A stretch of 64,000 nucleotides of DNA from Candidatus Woesearchaeota archaeon. Lineage in GTDB: Archaea; Nanobdellota; Nanobdellia; Woesearchaeales; SKIA01. Positions within the stretch are counted from its first letter, which is position 1, and the number at the start of each line of letters is the position of its first letter. Positions 1-8,219 of the stretch are shown here, piece after piece. The stretch covers positions 187,482 to 251,481 of the forward strand of contig JBJKRI010000006.1 of the NCBI GenBank assembly GCA_046704725.1, read 5' to 3'. Position numbers and translations under genes: made by a program. The notes beneath the pieces are model-generated. The model did not search any database. It had not been told where the DNA came from and saw nothing but the letters and a program-made list of their open reading frames with translations.

Positions 1-72
1 CTGCAGCCCAACGCCGAACGCATCAACAAGGAACTGTCGGGGCTCACCGAACGGTTGAGGAGGATACGATGA
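1..72 (+). CDS. 3' end of a gene truncated by the window edge
   Basis: Frame 1 is open from base 1 to TGA at 70-72, which overlaps the next ATG (ATGA coupling). Confidence 0.6.
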   Translation: MQPNAERINKELSGLTERLRRIR

Positions 73-764
73 CCGCACGAAAGAAGCCGATCATCACGCT
101 CAAAGGAGTGTGGAAGACCTACACCATGGGGGACAAGCCCGTGCATGCGCTGCGCGGAATCGACCTCGAGGTGGAGCGCGGAGAGTTCCTCGCCATCATG
201 GGACCGAGCGGCTCCGGGAAGAGCACCGCCATGAACATGATCGGCGCGCTCGACGTACCCAGCAAAGGAAAAGTGGTATTGGACGGCCACGATATCGCCA
301 CACTCACCGAGAGCCAATTAGCCCTGGTGCGCGGACGCAAGATCGGCTTCATCTTCCAGCAGTTCAACCTGCTCGGCACGCTCACCGCCAAAGAGAACGT
401 GACCCTACCGCTCGTCTTCCAGAACATCCCCGCGCCCGAACGAGAGAAACGCGCGAAAGAACTACTCACGCTCGTCGGGCTCGGAGACCGCATGGACCAC
501 CGCCCGACAGAGCTCTCGGGCGGACAGCAACAGCGCGTGGCCATCGCCCGCGCACTAGCGACGGAACCGGAAGTCATCCTCGCCGACGAACCGACAGGCA
601 ACCTCGACAGCACCACAGGAGACACGGTGATGGACTTCCTGAAGGACCTGCACAAGAAACAACACACAACAATCGTTATGGTCACCCACGACGAGGACGT
701 CGCGCACAACGCAGAGCGCGTGCTCGTCCTGCGGGATGGCCAGATACAAGGAGGAAAGAAATGA
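69..764 (+). CDS. ABC transporter ATP-binding protein, LolD/MacB type
   Basis: Walker A GPSGSGKS, signature LSGGQQQR, Walker B ILADEPTGNLD, H-loop VTHD. Confidence 0.95.
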   Translation: MTARKKPIITLKGVWKTYTMGDKPVHALRGIDLEVERGEFLAIMGPSGSGKSTAMNMIGALDVPSKGKVVLDGHDIATLTESQLALVRGRKIGFIFQQFNLLGTLTAKENVTLPLVFQNIPAPEREKRAKELLTLVGLGDRMDHRPTELSGGQQQRVAIARALATEPEVILADEPTGNLDSTTGDTVMDFLKDLHKKQHTTIVMVTHDEDVAHNAERVLVLRDGQIQGGKK

Positions 765-1924
765 ACAAGACTGCACTGCTGCTCGTGCTGCTGGCGCTCG
801 CAACGCCGCTGGTGGCCGCGCAGCTCCAGACCAGCACGCCGGTCGACGTCAGCCTGCTGCGCTACCAACCGGTGCCCGCGCAGGCCGGCGACGTGCTCGA
901 CGTGTACATCCAGATCGCGAACAACGGGACCTCGCAGGCAGGCGACGTCCAGCTCCAGATACTGTCGAGCGACAACCTGCAGCCCGAAGGGCAGAGCACG
1001 GTGGACGTCGGGACGCTCGCCGCGCAGAGCACGTACGTCGCGCACGTGAAAGTGCGCGTGGACGCTGCCGCGCCGGCAGGACCGCACATCCTTCTCGTGC
1101 AGACCAAGCAGGGCACGCAGAGCTGGCAGGACCACCAGCTCACCATACAGGTGCAGCCGACGCAGGCCAGCGTCTTCGTGGGCGCGGTGACGAGCACGCC
1201 AGCAGTGGTCGCTCCGGGACAGGACGCGACGGTCTCTCTCACCATACAGAACCAGGCGGACCAGCGATTGCGCGACCTGAGCGTCTCGCTCGACCTGAGC
1301 AACAGTCCGTTCATCCCCATGGACGGGACCGCGAGACAGACCGTGCAACTGGTGATGCCGAAGACGTCCGCCGACGTGAGCTTCCACCTCAGCGCGAAGC
1401 CTGGCGCGACGGCCGACAGCTACCGGATCCCCGTGACCATCACGTACCTCGACGAGCTCGGCGAGACCAAGACGCAGACCGACACCATCGGTATGCGCGT
1501 GGATGCGACGCCAGACGTGAAGGCCTATATCGACTCGGTCACCTCGCAGCAGGGCGGCGCACAAGTGTCCGTGCGCATCGTCAACCAGGGACTCTCGCAG
1601 ATCAAGTTCGCCGAAGCGCACATCGCGAGCGGCACGGACTACACGGTGCCGGACCAGGAACGCGACCAGTACGTCGGCAACATCGACAGCGACGACTGGG
1701 ACACGATCCGATTCTCGGTGAAGACCACGCAGCAGCAGGTGACGATACCCATCACCTACAGCTACAAGGACAGCTTCAACCAGGAGCACAACGCGACCCA
1801 GAGCTTCGTCGTCGACATCCCCGCGCAGCAGGGCGGCAGCGGCGCGACGCTCTGGATTATCCTGATCGTGATCGTAGTCGGGGGCGGCGGCATCTGGTGG
1901 TACCGGAGGCGGCGCAAGAAGTAG
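761..1924 (+). CDS. Secreted, membrane-anchored Ig-like protein (COG1361 S-layer-like)
   Basis: True start MNKTALLLVLL at 761 (ATGA overlap, GGAGG upstream); signal peptide, beta-rich repeats (P..V.PG motif), C-terminal TM helix plus basic tail; typical partner of archaeal MacB-type operons. Confidence 0.8.
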   Translation: MNKTALLLVLLALATPLVAAQLQTSTPVDVSLLRYQPVPAQAGDVLDVYIQIANNGTSQAGDVQLQILSSDNLQPEGQSTVDVGTLAAQSTYVAHVKVRVDAAAPAGPHILLVQTKQGTQSWQDHQLTIQVQPTQASVFVGAVTSTPAVVAPGQDATVSLTIQNQADQRLRDLSVSLDLSNSPFIPMDGTARQTVQLVMPKTSADVSFHLSAKPGATADSYRIPVTITYLDELGETKTQTDTIGMRVDATPDVKAYIDSVTSQQGGAQVSVRIVNQGLSQIKFAEAHIASGTDYTVPDQERDQYVGNIDSDDWDTIRFSVKTTQQQVTIPITYSYKDSFNQEHNATQSFVVDIPAQQGGSGATLWIILIVIVVGGGGIWWYRRRRKK

Positions 1925-1931
1925 GTGAAGC

Positions 1932-3158
1932 GTGCTTCGCGACAGCTTCACCTATGCGGCTCGCTCCCTCATACACCGCAGGCTGCGCTCCTGGCTGACC
2001 GTCATCGGCATCTTCATCGGGATCGCCGCGGTCGTCGGGCTCATCAGCCTCGGGCAGGGATTGCGCGGCGCGGTGGCGGAACAGTTCTCCGCATTGGGCG
2101 CGCAGACGCTCGTCATCCAGCCACAGAGCGGCGGCTTCGGACCTCCGGGAGTCGGCTCCGCGGTGAAGCTGGACAAGAGCGATCTGAAAGTCGTGCAGCA
2201 GGCGCAGTACGTGCAATTAGCCACGGGGCGATTGCTCAAACCGGTCACGGTGCAGTTCAACCGGAAAGCGGTCACGGCCTTCCTAGCGAGCCTGCCCGAC
2301 GACCGCGCGCAACGCGACATGGTCTTGTCGTCTGCGAACGAGCATATCGAGAGCGGACGCCAACTGCTCGCGACGGACCGCGGACGCGTCGTGCTCGGTG
2401 CGGGCTTCGCCGCCGGAGGGCAGTACGCCAAGACGTTCGGCACGCCCGTGCAGGTCGGCGACAAGATCGATATCGCCGGAACGAAGTTCGAGGTCACCGG
2501 CATCCTCGGCAAGAAAGGCAACCCGCAGAGCGACCAGGCCATCCTCATGAACGAGCCGGACATGCGAGCGCTCCTGAACCTCTCGGACGAATACTCGTTC
2601 ATCGTCGCGGAAGCCGACAGCATCCAGGACGTGAACGCCGCGCGCGACGCGATAGAGAAAGACCTCCGGAAGCACCGCAACGTGAAGCCACGGCAAGAGG
2701 ACTTCACCGTGCAGACCTCGCAGGACATCCTCAACACCGTGGATAGCGTGCTCGGAATCGTGACGGGAGTGCTCGTGGGCATCGCGGCCATCAGCCTGCT
2801 CGTCGGGGGAATCGGCATCATGAACACGATGTACACCGCAGTGTTGGAACGGCGAAAAGAGATCGGCATCATGAAGGCCGTGGGCGCGACGAACGCACAG
2901 GTACTGCAGCGCTTCCTCATCGAGAGCGGGATGCTGGGCATGGTGGGCGGAGGCATCGGGGTGCTCATCGGCGTCGGCATGTCCAAGCTCGTCGAGCTCG
3001 GCGCATCGCAGGCGCTCGGCCCCAGCGTGCTCAAGGCGACCAGCCCCTGGTGGCTCATCGTGGGGGCGCTCGCCTTCAGTTTCGTCGTCGGCACATTGTC
3101 GGGCATCCTGCCGGCGCGTCAGGCGGCACGATTGCCACCCGTGGAGGCGTTGCGGTGA
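1932..3158 (+). CDS. ABC transporter permease, MacB/FtsX family
   Basis: RSWLTVIGIFIGIAAVV N-terminal TM, large extracellular domain, GIMNTMYTAVLERRKEIGIMKAVGA motif. Confidence 0.93.
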   Translation: MLRDSFTYAARSLIHRRLRSWLTVIGIFIGIAAVVGLISLGQGLRGAVAEQFSALGAQTLVIQPQSGGFGPPGVGSAVKLDKSDLKVVQQAQYVQLATGRLLKPVTVQFNRKAVTAFLASLPDDRAQRDMVLSSANEHIESGRQLLATDRGRVVLGAGFAAGGQYAKTFGTPVQVGDKIDIAGTKFEVTGILGKKGNPQSDQAILMNEPDMRALLNLSDEYSFIVAEADSIQDVNAARDAIEKDLRKHRNVKPRQEDFTVQTSQDILNTVDSVLGIVTGVLVGIAAISLLVGGIGIMNTMYTAVLERRKEIGIMKAVGATNAQVLQRFLIESGMLGMVGGGIGVLIGVGMSKLVELGASQALGPSVLKATSPWWLIVGALAFSFVVGTLSGILPARQAARLPPVEALR

Positions 3159-4369
3159 AGCCCGTCTTCATGCTCGCGGTCAACAACCTTCTTCACCGGA
3201 AGAAACGGGCGTGGCTGACCATGATCGGCATCTTCATCGGCATCGCCGCGGTGGTGAGCCTCATCAGTCTCGGGCAAGGGCTCGAGGGAGCGATCAACCT
3301 CCAGTTCCAGCGCATCGGCTCGGACAAGCTCTTCATACAGAGCGACGCGAACCTGTTCGGCGCCTCGGGCGGGGACATCAGCAACCCCCTCACCACCAAG
3401 GACATGAACACCGTAGCGGGCGTGCAGGGGGTGGCGGAGGTATCGAGCTACGTGCTGCGCGTGGTGCGGGTGCAGGTCGGACAGGACGTCGGTTACTATT
3501 ACGCGGCGGGCTTTCCCACATCGCAAGGATACCAGTTAGCGCGGGACAGCATACCCGTCGACCTGTACGACGGCCGCGAGCTGCGGCCGGGGGATACGAA
3601 CAAGGTGCTCGTGGGATACGACTACACGCGCACATCGAGCTTCCAGAATCCTGTGGGCGTGGGCGACCGTATCACCGTGAACGGCCAGAAGTTCACGGTC
3701 GTGGGCGTCATGGAGCCCGTCGGGGACGCGCCCGACGACCACGCGGTCTACATGCCGATCGACACGCTCAAACAGCTCACGAACGTGACCGACCAGCGCG
3801 ACGCGATCATCGCGCGCGTCGCACCGGGAGAGGATCCGAACCAGGTGGCGGCCGACATCACGCGCGAGCTCGATAGGGAACGACACCTGCGCGCCGGCGA
3901 GGAGGACTTCAACGTGCAGACGCCTGAGGACCTCCTCGCGAGCTTCGGCACCATCATCACGCTCGTGCAGGTCGTGCTCGTGGGCATCGCCGGGATCAGC
4001 CTGCTCGTCGGCGGCATCGGCATCATGAACACGATGTACACCGCCGTCTTGGAGCGAACGCGCGACATCGGCATCATGAAGGCCATCGGCGCGTCGCCCG
4101 GAGACATCCGGAGCATCTTCTTGCTCGAGAGCGGACTGCTCGGGTTGGTCGGCGGGATGATCGGCGTGGCCATCGGCGTGGCCATCGCCAAAGCCGTGCA
4201 GTACATCGGAACCGCCGTGCTGCACTCCGCGTTCCTCACCGCGGAGCTGCCGTGGTGGCTGATCGTCGGCGCGCTCGTGTTCAGCACGGTCATCGGCATG
4301 GTCTCCGGCTACCTGCCCGCGCGCAGCGCGTCGCGGCAGAATCCCGTGGAGAGCCTGCGCTACGAGTGA
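3155..4369 (+). CDS. ABC transporter permease, MacB/FtsX family (paralog of upstream gene)
   Basis: GTG at 3155 overlaps the upstream TGA; same motifs (GIMNTMYTAVLERTRDIGIMKAIGA; C-terminal NPVESLRYE). Confidence 0.93.
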   Translation: MKPVFMLAVNNLLHRKKRAWLTMIGIFIGIAAVVSLISLGQGLEGAINLQFQRIGSDKLFIQSDANLFGASGGDISNPLTTKDMNTVAGVQGVAEVSSYVLRVVRVQVGQDVGYYYAAGFPTSQGYQLARDSIPVDLYDGRELRPGDTNKVLVGYDYTRTSSFQNPVGVGDRITVNGQKFTVVGVMEPVGDAPDDHAVYMPIDTLKQLTNVTDQRDAIIARVAPGEDPNQVAADITRELDRERHLRAGEEDFNVQTPEDLLASFGTIITLVQVVLVGIAGISLLVGGIGIMNTMYTAVLERTRDIGIMKAIGASPGDIRSIFLLESGLLGLVGGMIGVAIGVAIAKAVQYIGTAVLHSAFLTAELPWWLIVGALVFSTVIGMVSGYLPARSASRQNPVESLRYE

Positions 4370-4426
4370 AGTATCAGTGAACCACACATACGTTTATAAA
4401 GAAACTTCGTGTCGGTACGCATTCCG

Positions 4427-4831
4427 ATGCAGCAGAAACTGGTGAGTGCGTGCCCGCAGTGCGGTTCGACGGAGGTGAGGCAGGACACGAGCGACCCCCT
4501 CCAAGGACCGTTCGGCCTTCCGGAACGCTTCGTGTGCGGACGCTGCGGCTACACAGGCTACACGTTCCCCGAAGTGCCGGAGGAGGACCTCGCCGAATTC
4601 CAGCACCACGCGCGGCACCACCACAAGACGGAGCGGCGCGTCACGACCCCTCCCGAAGCGTTGCCGCTCTGGAAGGTCTTCGCGCCCGCATGCCTCGTGC
4701 TGGGCATCCTGCTGTTGACGTTCTCGGTCACGGTCGCGGTGGTGTTGCTCGTGCTCGCCGTGCTCGGATTCTACTTCGCGTACTTCCACAGCGGATCGCA
4801 CAAGCGGGCGGTGCGACATGCATTTAAATGA
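4427..4831 (+). CDS. Small Zn-ribbon protein with two C-terminal TM helices
   Basis: CPQC...CGRC motifs, hydrophobic C-terminus, TTTATAAA at 4393-4400. Confidence 0.7.
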   Translation: MQQKLVSACPQCGSTEVRQDTSDPLQGPFGLPERFVCGRCGYTGYTFPEVPEEDLAEFQHHARHHHKTERRVTTPPEALPLWKVFAPACLVLGILLLTFSVTVAVVLLVLAVLGFYFAYFHSGSHKRAVRHAFK

Positions 4832-4853
4832 GCGACCGCTCGCTGCAAGCATC

Positions 4854-4926
4854 GGGCCCGTGGTCTAGCGGCTATGACATCGCCTTCACATGGCGGGAAT
4901 CCCCGGTTCGATTCCGGGCGGGCCCA
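4854..4926 (+). tRNA. tRNA-Val(CAC)
   Basis: Acceptor stem GGGCCCG/CGGGCCC, anticodon loop TT-CAC-AT, T-loop GGTTCGATTCC, TTTAAA upstream. Confidence 0.93.
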
Positions 4927-4929
4927 GTC

Positions 4930-5526
4930 TCAGGCCAGCGTGTCGTTATTGTTGTGGATATCGCGTCGCCACGAGGCGACTCCCTCACGCGCACGCTCGT
5001 TCAGATAAGGGATGGCGCGGAAGGTCATCTGCGAACCCAGGCCGAATATCCCCCCATAACTGTATGTCGCTCGACCGTTCTTGCGCGCTTGGTACCCTCG
5101 ATAGAGGCTGCTCCCGACGTTCGAACCGATTTTTAGTCCCAGGATGATGGTGCCGGCGATCGACAGCGCGAGATGATCACTGTTCAGGGCGAGATAGAGC
5201 GCGTATGAATCCGGCAAGCTTCCGATCGTGCTCGCACCGATGTTCCCCCACGTGAATATCGTCTTCGGCAGTCCGAGCTCTCCCGCCACTTCGACCTGAT
5301 ACTCCGGAGGGAGGACGCCCAATCCGTACCCCGCCAGAAAACCGGCGCTGACCAACGCTCCGCGCGCCAGCCTGTACCGGATGGTGCTGTTCTCAGCGAG
5401 CGCTTCGATACGGGACGTCACCTCATGCGCTGCCTTCAGGAACCTACCGCTCGCCCTGCTGATGATTCCAGGCTCCTTCCCAGGCTTTGACCCTGGCATG
5501 GCCCCCAACAGAATGTCACCATCCAT
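4930..5526 (-). CDS. Hypothetical membrane protein (orphan)
   Basis: 198-aa ORF with Gly-rich hydrophobic segments; TTTATAAA about 25 bp upstream, shared with the divergent tRNA. Confidence 0.6.
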   Translation of the reverse strand: MDGDILLGAMPGSKPGKEPGIISRASGRFLKAAHEVTSRIEALAENSTIRYRLARGALVSAGFLAGYGLGVLPPEYQVEVAGELGLPKTIFTWGNIGASTIGSLPDSYALYLALNSDHLALSIAGTIILGLKIGSNVGSSLYRGYQARKNGRATYSYGGIFGLGSQMTFRAIPYLNERAREGVASWRRDIHNNNDTLA

Positions 5527-5579
5527 CAGGTGCTGGGTCCCACCAAACCTTTATAAAATAACCTCTGTTCGCACGAGGT

Positions 5580-5684
5580 AGCGAGGTGGGGCAGCCAGGA
5601 GTGCCCGCGGGGCTCATAACCCCGAGGTCGGTGGAGGCCCCCGCTATCCGGCAGGGTCGCCGAATTCAAATCCACCCCTCGCTA
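5580..5684 (+). tRNA. Initiator tRNA-Met(CAT) with a 30-nt intron (5635-5664) at position 53/54
   Basis: A1:U72 acceptor stem AGCGAGG/CCTCGCT, consecutive G-C pairs in the anticodon stem, loop CT-CAT-AA; removing 5635-5664 restores the T-arm GGTGG-TTCAAAT-CCACC; bulge-helix-bulge at the junctions. Confidence 0.9.
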
Positions 5685-5939
5685 TCCGATCGGAGGCCGG
5701 GGATTCACGTCCTGGCTCCTGGCCTCCCATCACATTTTTCTCGTGGATCGTTCGGGATTCTTGTTTCGCAAGGCAACACCATAGTTTCGTTATTTTATAC
5801 CATAGAAAAACTCGTTCTTATGCCATCCAGAGCAGCCCTGGAAATCTGACGGGAGCTAGGCACGATGTTCCGCGAAGAACAGAATGTGTCCGGAGCGAGC
5901 GAGTCAAGACAGTAGAAAAGCAACGACGAGAACCACGTC

Positions 5940-7289
5940 ATGTCACTCGGACAAGCGCGAGAGGAGGCGCTCAGAATACTCAATCATGAGTACAATCTCA
6001 TCCGCGACCACGACGCGCTCATGCAGGGCATCGACACGCTCGCGCGCATCACAGAAGAACTACGTGGCGACCACGGCCCGGAGGCGAGCGCATTGCTCGC
6101 GCGCATCAACGATCGGATGCGGTCGGTGCAGGACAGGGCCGAACTCCTCCTGATGGAACCGCGCGTACAAGAACAGAAGATCGTCAACCTCGTCCTCGAC
6201 CAGCTCCGGACGCGGATAACGGACGCGCAAGCGTCTCCCGAAAGACTTCCAAGGCGTTACCTCGTCGAGCACACGAGCAAGGACGCCGAACGCGTCCTCG
6301 GAAGCCTCGGCGGCATCGTGCACGCGTTCAAGCACATCCCCTACGCATACGTGGACGCTGCGGACGACGCGCGGGCGGCGCTCTCCGAACAGTTCAGCAG
6401 GGAACGGCTGCCCGCATACCAAGAGAAACGATACCACATCAGACCGCTCGTCCTGCACTCACAGGGAAACGACTGGAACCTCAAGCTCATCGGCGCGCCC
6501 GGAGCCTGGGACGTGACCCGTGGCAAAGGAGTCGCCGTCGGCGTGGTGGACACCGGATGCGACTACACGCACCCGGAGCTACGCGACCGGTTCGGGCCCG
6601 AGAAAGGGCACAACTTCATCACGGACAGCGACGACCCGATGGACGACCACGGGCACGGCACGCACTGCAGCGGCACCGTCGCAGGAAGCAAGACAGGCGT
6701 GGCTCCGGAAGCCACATTGTACGCGCTCAAGTTCCTGAACAGCGGAGGGAGCGGGAGCGAAGTGGATTTCATCAGGGCGGCCGAATGGGCGATCGACCAC
6801 AAGCTCGACATCCTGAGCGGCAGCTTCGGCTCGGCGTACGCGAGCAGCGCGGAGGAAGCGGTCTGCGACGCGCTCAAGGCGCACGGCATCCTCTTCGCGG
6901 CAGCGGCCGGCAACGACGGCACCGGCGATTATGGATATCCCGCGAGCTACGACTCGGTCATCTCCGTCGCCGCCGTCGACCGGAACAAGGAGCGCGCGCC
7001 GTTCAGCCAGCACAACGACCAAGTGAACATCGCCGCGCCGGGCGTCGACGTGTACAGCACCATACCGGACCATGGGCATGCGTCCTGGTCGGGGACGAGC
7101 ATGGCCACACCCCACGTCTCGGGAAGCCTCGCTCTTGTCCACGCGCTCAACACCGACCCAGCGTACGTGCAGGACGTGCTGTTGTCGAGCGCCGAAAGGC
7201 TCGGGGAGCACGACGAGTACGGCGACGGGCTCGTGCGGCCGGACCAGGCGGTGCGCACCGACGCGCTCCTGCGGAGGTGGATCGCATGA
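5940..7289 (+). CDS. Subtilisin-family (S8) serine protease with helical N-terminal extension and propeptide, no signal peptide
   Basis: Catalytic triad motifs VVDTG, HGTH, GTSMATPHV; oxyanion AAAGN. Confidence 0.92.
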   Translation: MSLGQAREEALRILNHEYNLIRDHDALMQGIDTLARITEELRGDHGPEASALLARINDRMRSVQDRAELLLMEPRVQEQKIVNLVLDQLRTRITDAQASPERLPRRYLVEHTSKDAERVLGSLGGIVHAFKHIPYAYVDAADDARAALSEQFSRERLPAYQEKRYHIRPLVLHSQGNDWNLKLIGAPGAWDVTRGKGVAVGVVDTGCDYTHPELRDRFGPEKGHNFITDSDDPMDDHGHGTHCSGTVAGSKTGVAPEATLYALKFLNSGGSGSEVDFIRAAEWAIDHKLDILSGSFGSAYASSAEEAVCDALKAHGILFAAAAGNDGTGDYGYPASYDSVISVAAVDRNKERAPFSQHNDQVNIAAPGVDVYSTIPDHGHASWSGTSMATPHVSGSLALVHALNTDPAYVQDVLLSSAERLGEHDEYGDGLVRPDQAVRTDALLRRWIA

Positions 7290-7495
7290 GGACCTACATC
7301 GCGATGGGACAAGACGACGAATCGCTGGAACGCCTGCTCGCGCAGCACGACGTGGAATGCACCTTCCGCGGACGCTACGTGCCGGTCGTCGCGCTGCGCA
7401 GCGAACTGGAGCTGGATGAACTGCGGCAGTTGCTGCCCGAGTATATCATCGAGGAACAGAAAGAGTACACCATCGAGCGGAGGAAAGAACCATGA
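7286..7495 (+). CDS. 69-aa protein resembling a stand-alone subtilase propeptide / I9 inhibitor domain
   Basis: ATGA overlap with the protease stop and GGAGGTG SD; MRTYIAMG...IEEQKEYTI aligns by eye with the protease's own pro-region RRYLVEH...YQEKRYHI. Confidence 0.65.
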   Translation: MRTYIAMGQDDESLERLLAQHDVECTFRGRYVPVVALRSELELDELRQLLPEYIIEEQKEYTIERRKEP

Positions 7496-7782
7496 TCAAG
7501 GAAGACCCGGTGAAAGAAGTAATCGACCAGCTCAACAAGCCGATACGGCGCGCGTTGCGCTGGGGGACCGGCGCGGCGATTCTCATGTCGCTCGGCATGC
7601 TGTCCATGAAATACGACATGTACCGCGCGACCCATGACCTCAAGCACGAGACGACGCGAGCGACAGCGGCAGCGGACAGCGCGTCGAGCGCGGCGCGATA
7701 CCTGCGCGACCACAAATTCATAGTCATCGGCACGCAATGCTACACGCGAGACAACGGATTGTACAAGGTGACGCCGTGCTGA
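7492..7782 (+). CDS. Small single-TM hypothetical protein
   Basis: ATGA overlap, GGAGG upstream, one hydrophobic segment, two C-terminal Cys. Confidence 0.6.
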   Translation: MIKEDPVKEVIDQLNKPIRRALRWGTGAAILMSLGMLSMKYDMYRATHDLKHETTRATAAADSASSAARYLRDHKFIVIGTQCYTRDNGLYKVTPC

Positions 7783-8219
7783 CGGAAAAAGACCTACGCA
7801 TCATCGCCGTGCTGCGCGAGGACGGCCGGGCAAAGCTCCGGAGCATCGCGCAACGGACAGGGATACCCGTCTCGACTGCGCACGAACGGTTGCAGCGGCT
7901 CGTGAAGAAACAGGACGTGCGAATGACATCGCTTCCGCACTATCCATCCATCCACGTCCCCCTCCAATGCTGGGCGACATTGCGGGCCAAGGACCGTGAC
8001 GCAGCGAAGGAGCGATTGCGCGAGGACCCACACGTCAATACATTGCTCGAGGTGAGCAACGGCGCGGACCTCGTATGCGAAGCGCTGTTCCGCTCGTTCA
8101 AGGAGCAATACGACTTCACGCAACGGCTCTCCTCATTGGGGAAGTGCAGCGTGCATCCGGTCATCGAAGAGATCGCGAAAGAAAACGCAAAGATAGAGAA
8201 AAAGAAAGACGCGGCCTAG
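7776..8219 (+). CDS. Lrp/AsnC-family transcriptional regulator
   Basis: [17 protein letters not shown]...[22 protein letters not shown] followed by a RAM-like domain; GTG start inferred. Confidence 0.85.
   Translation: MLTEKDLRIIAVLREDGRAKLRSIAQRTGIPVSTAHERLQRLVKKQDVRMTSLPHYPSIHVPLQCWATLRAKDRDAAKERLREDPHVNTLLEVSNGADLVCEALFRSFKEQYDFTQRLSSLGKCSVHPVIEEIAKENAKIEKKKDAA

Noticed and set aside
110-760. 604-aa ORF starting at 110, and the many long antisense or alternate-frame ORFs across the window (for example 8075-10195, 19380-21257, 37602-39920, 49096-51246)
   Set aside because: Shadow ORFs caused by high GC and codon bias; they overlap well-supported genes and have Arg/Gly-skewed or motif-less translations. 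The real start here is 761.
2760-4100. Near-identical DNA stretches (atcagcctgctcgtcgg...atcatgaacacgatgtacaccgc) in two places
   Set aside because: These are conserved motifs of the two paralogous permease genes, not an independent repeat element.
4854-8219. Integrated mobile element at tRNA-Val or tRNA-iMet
   Set aside because: No integrase, transposase or distal duplicated att site was seen in the window.
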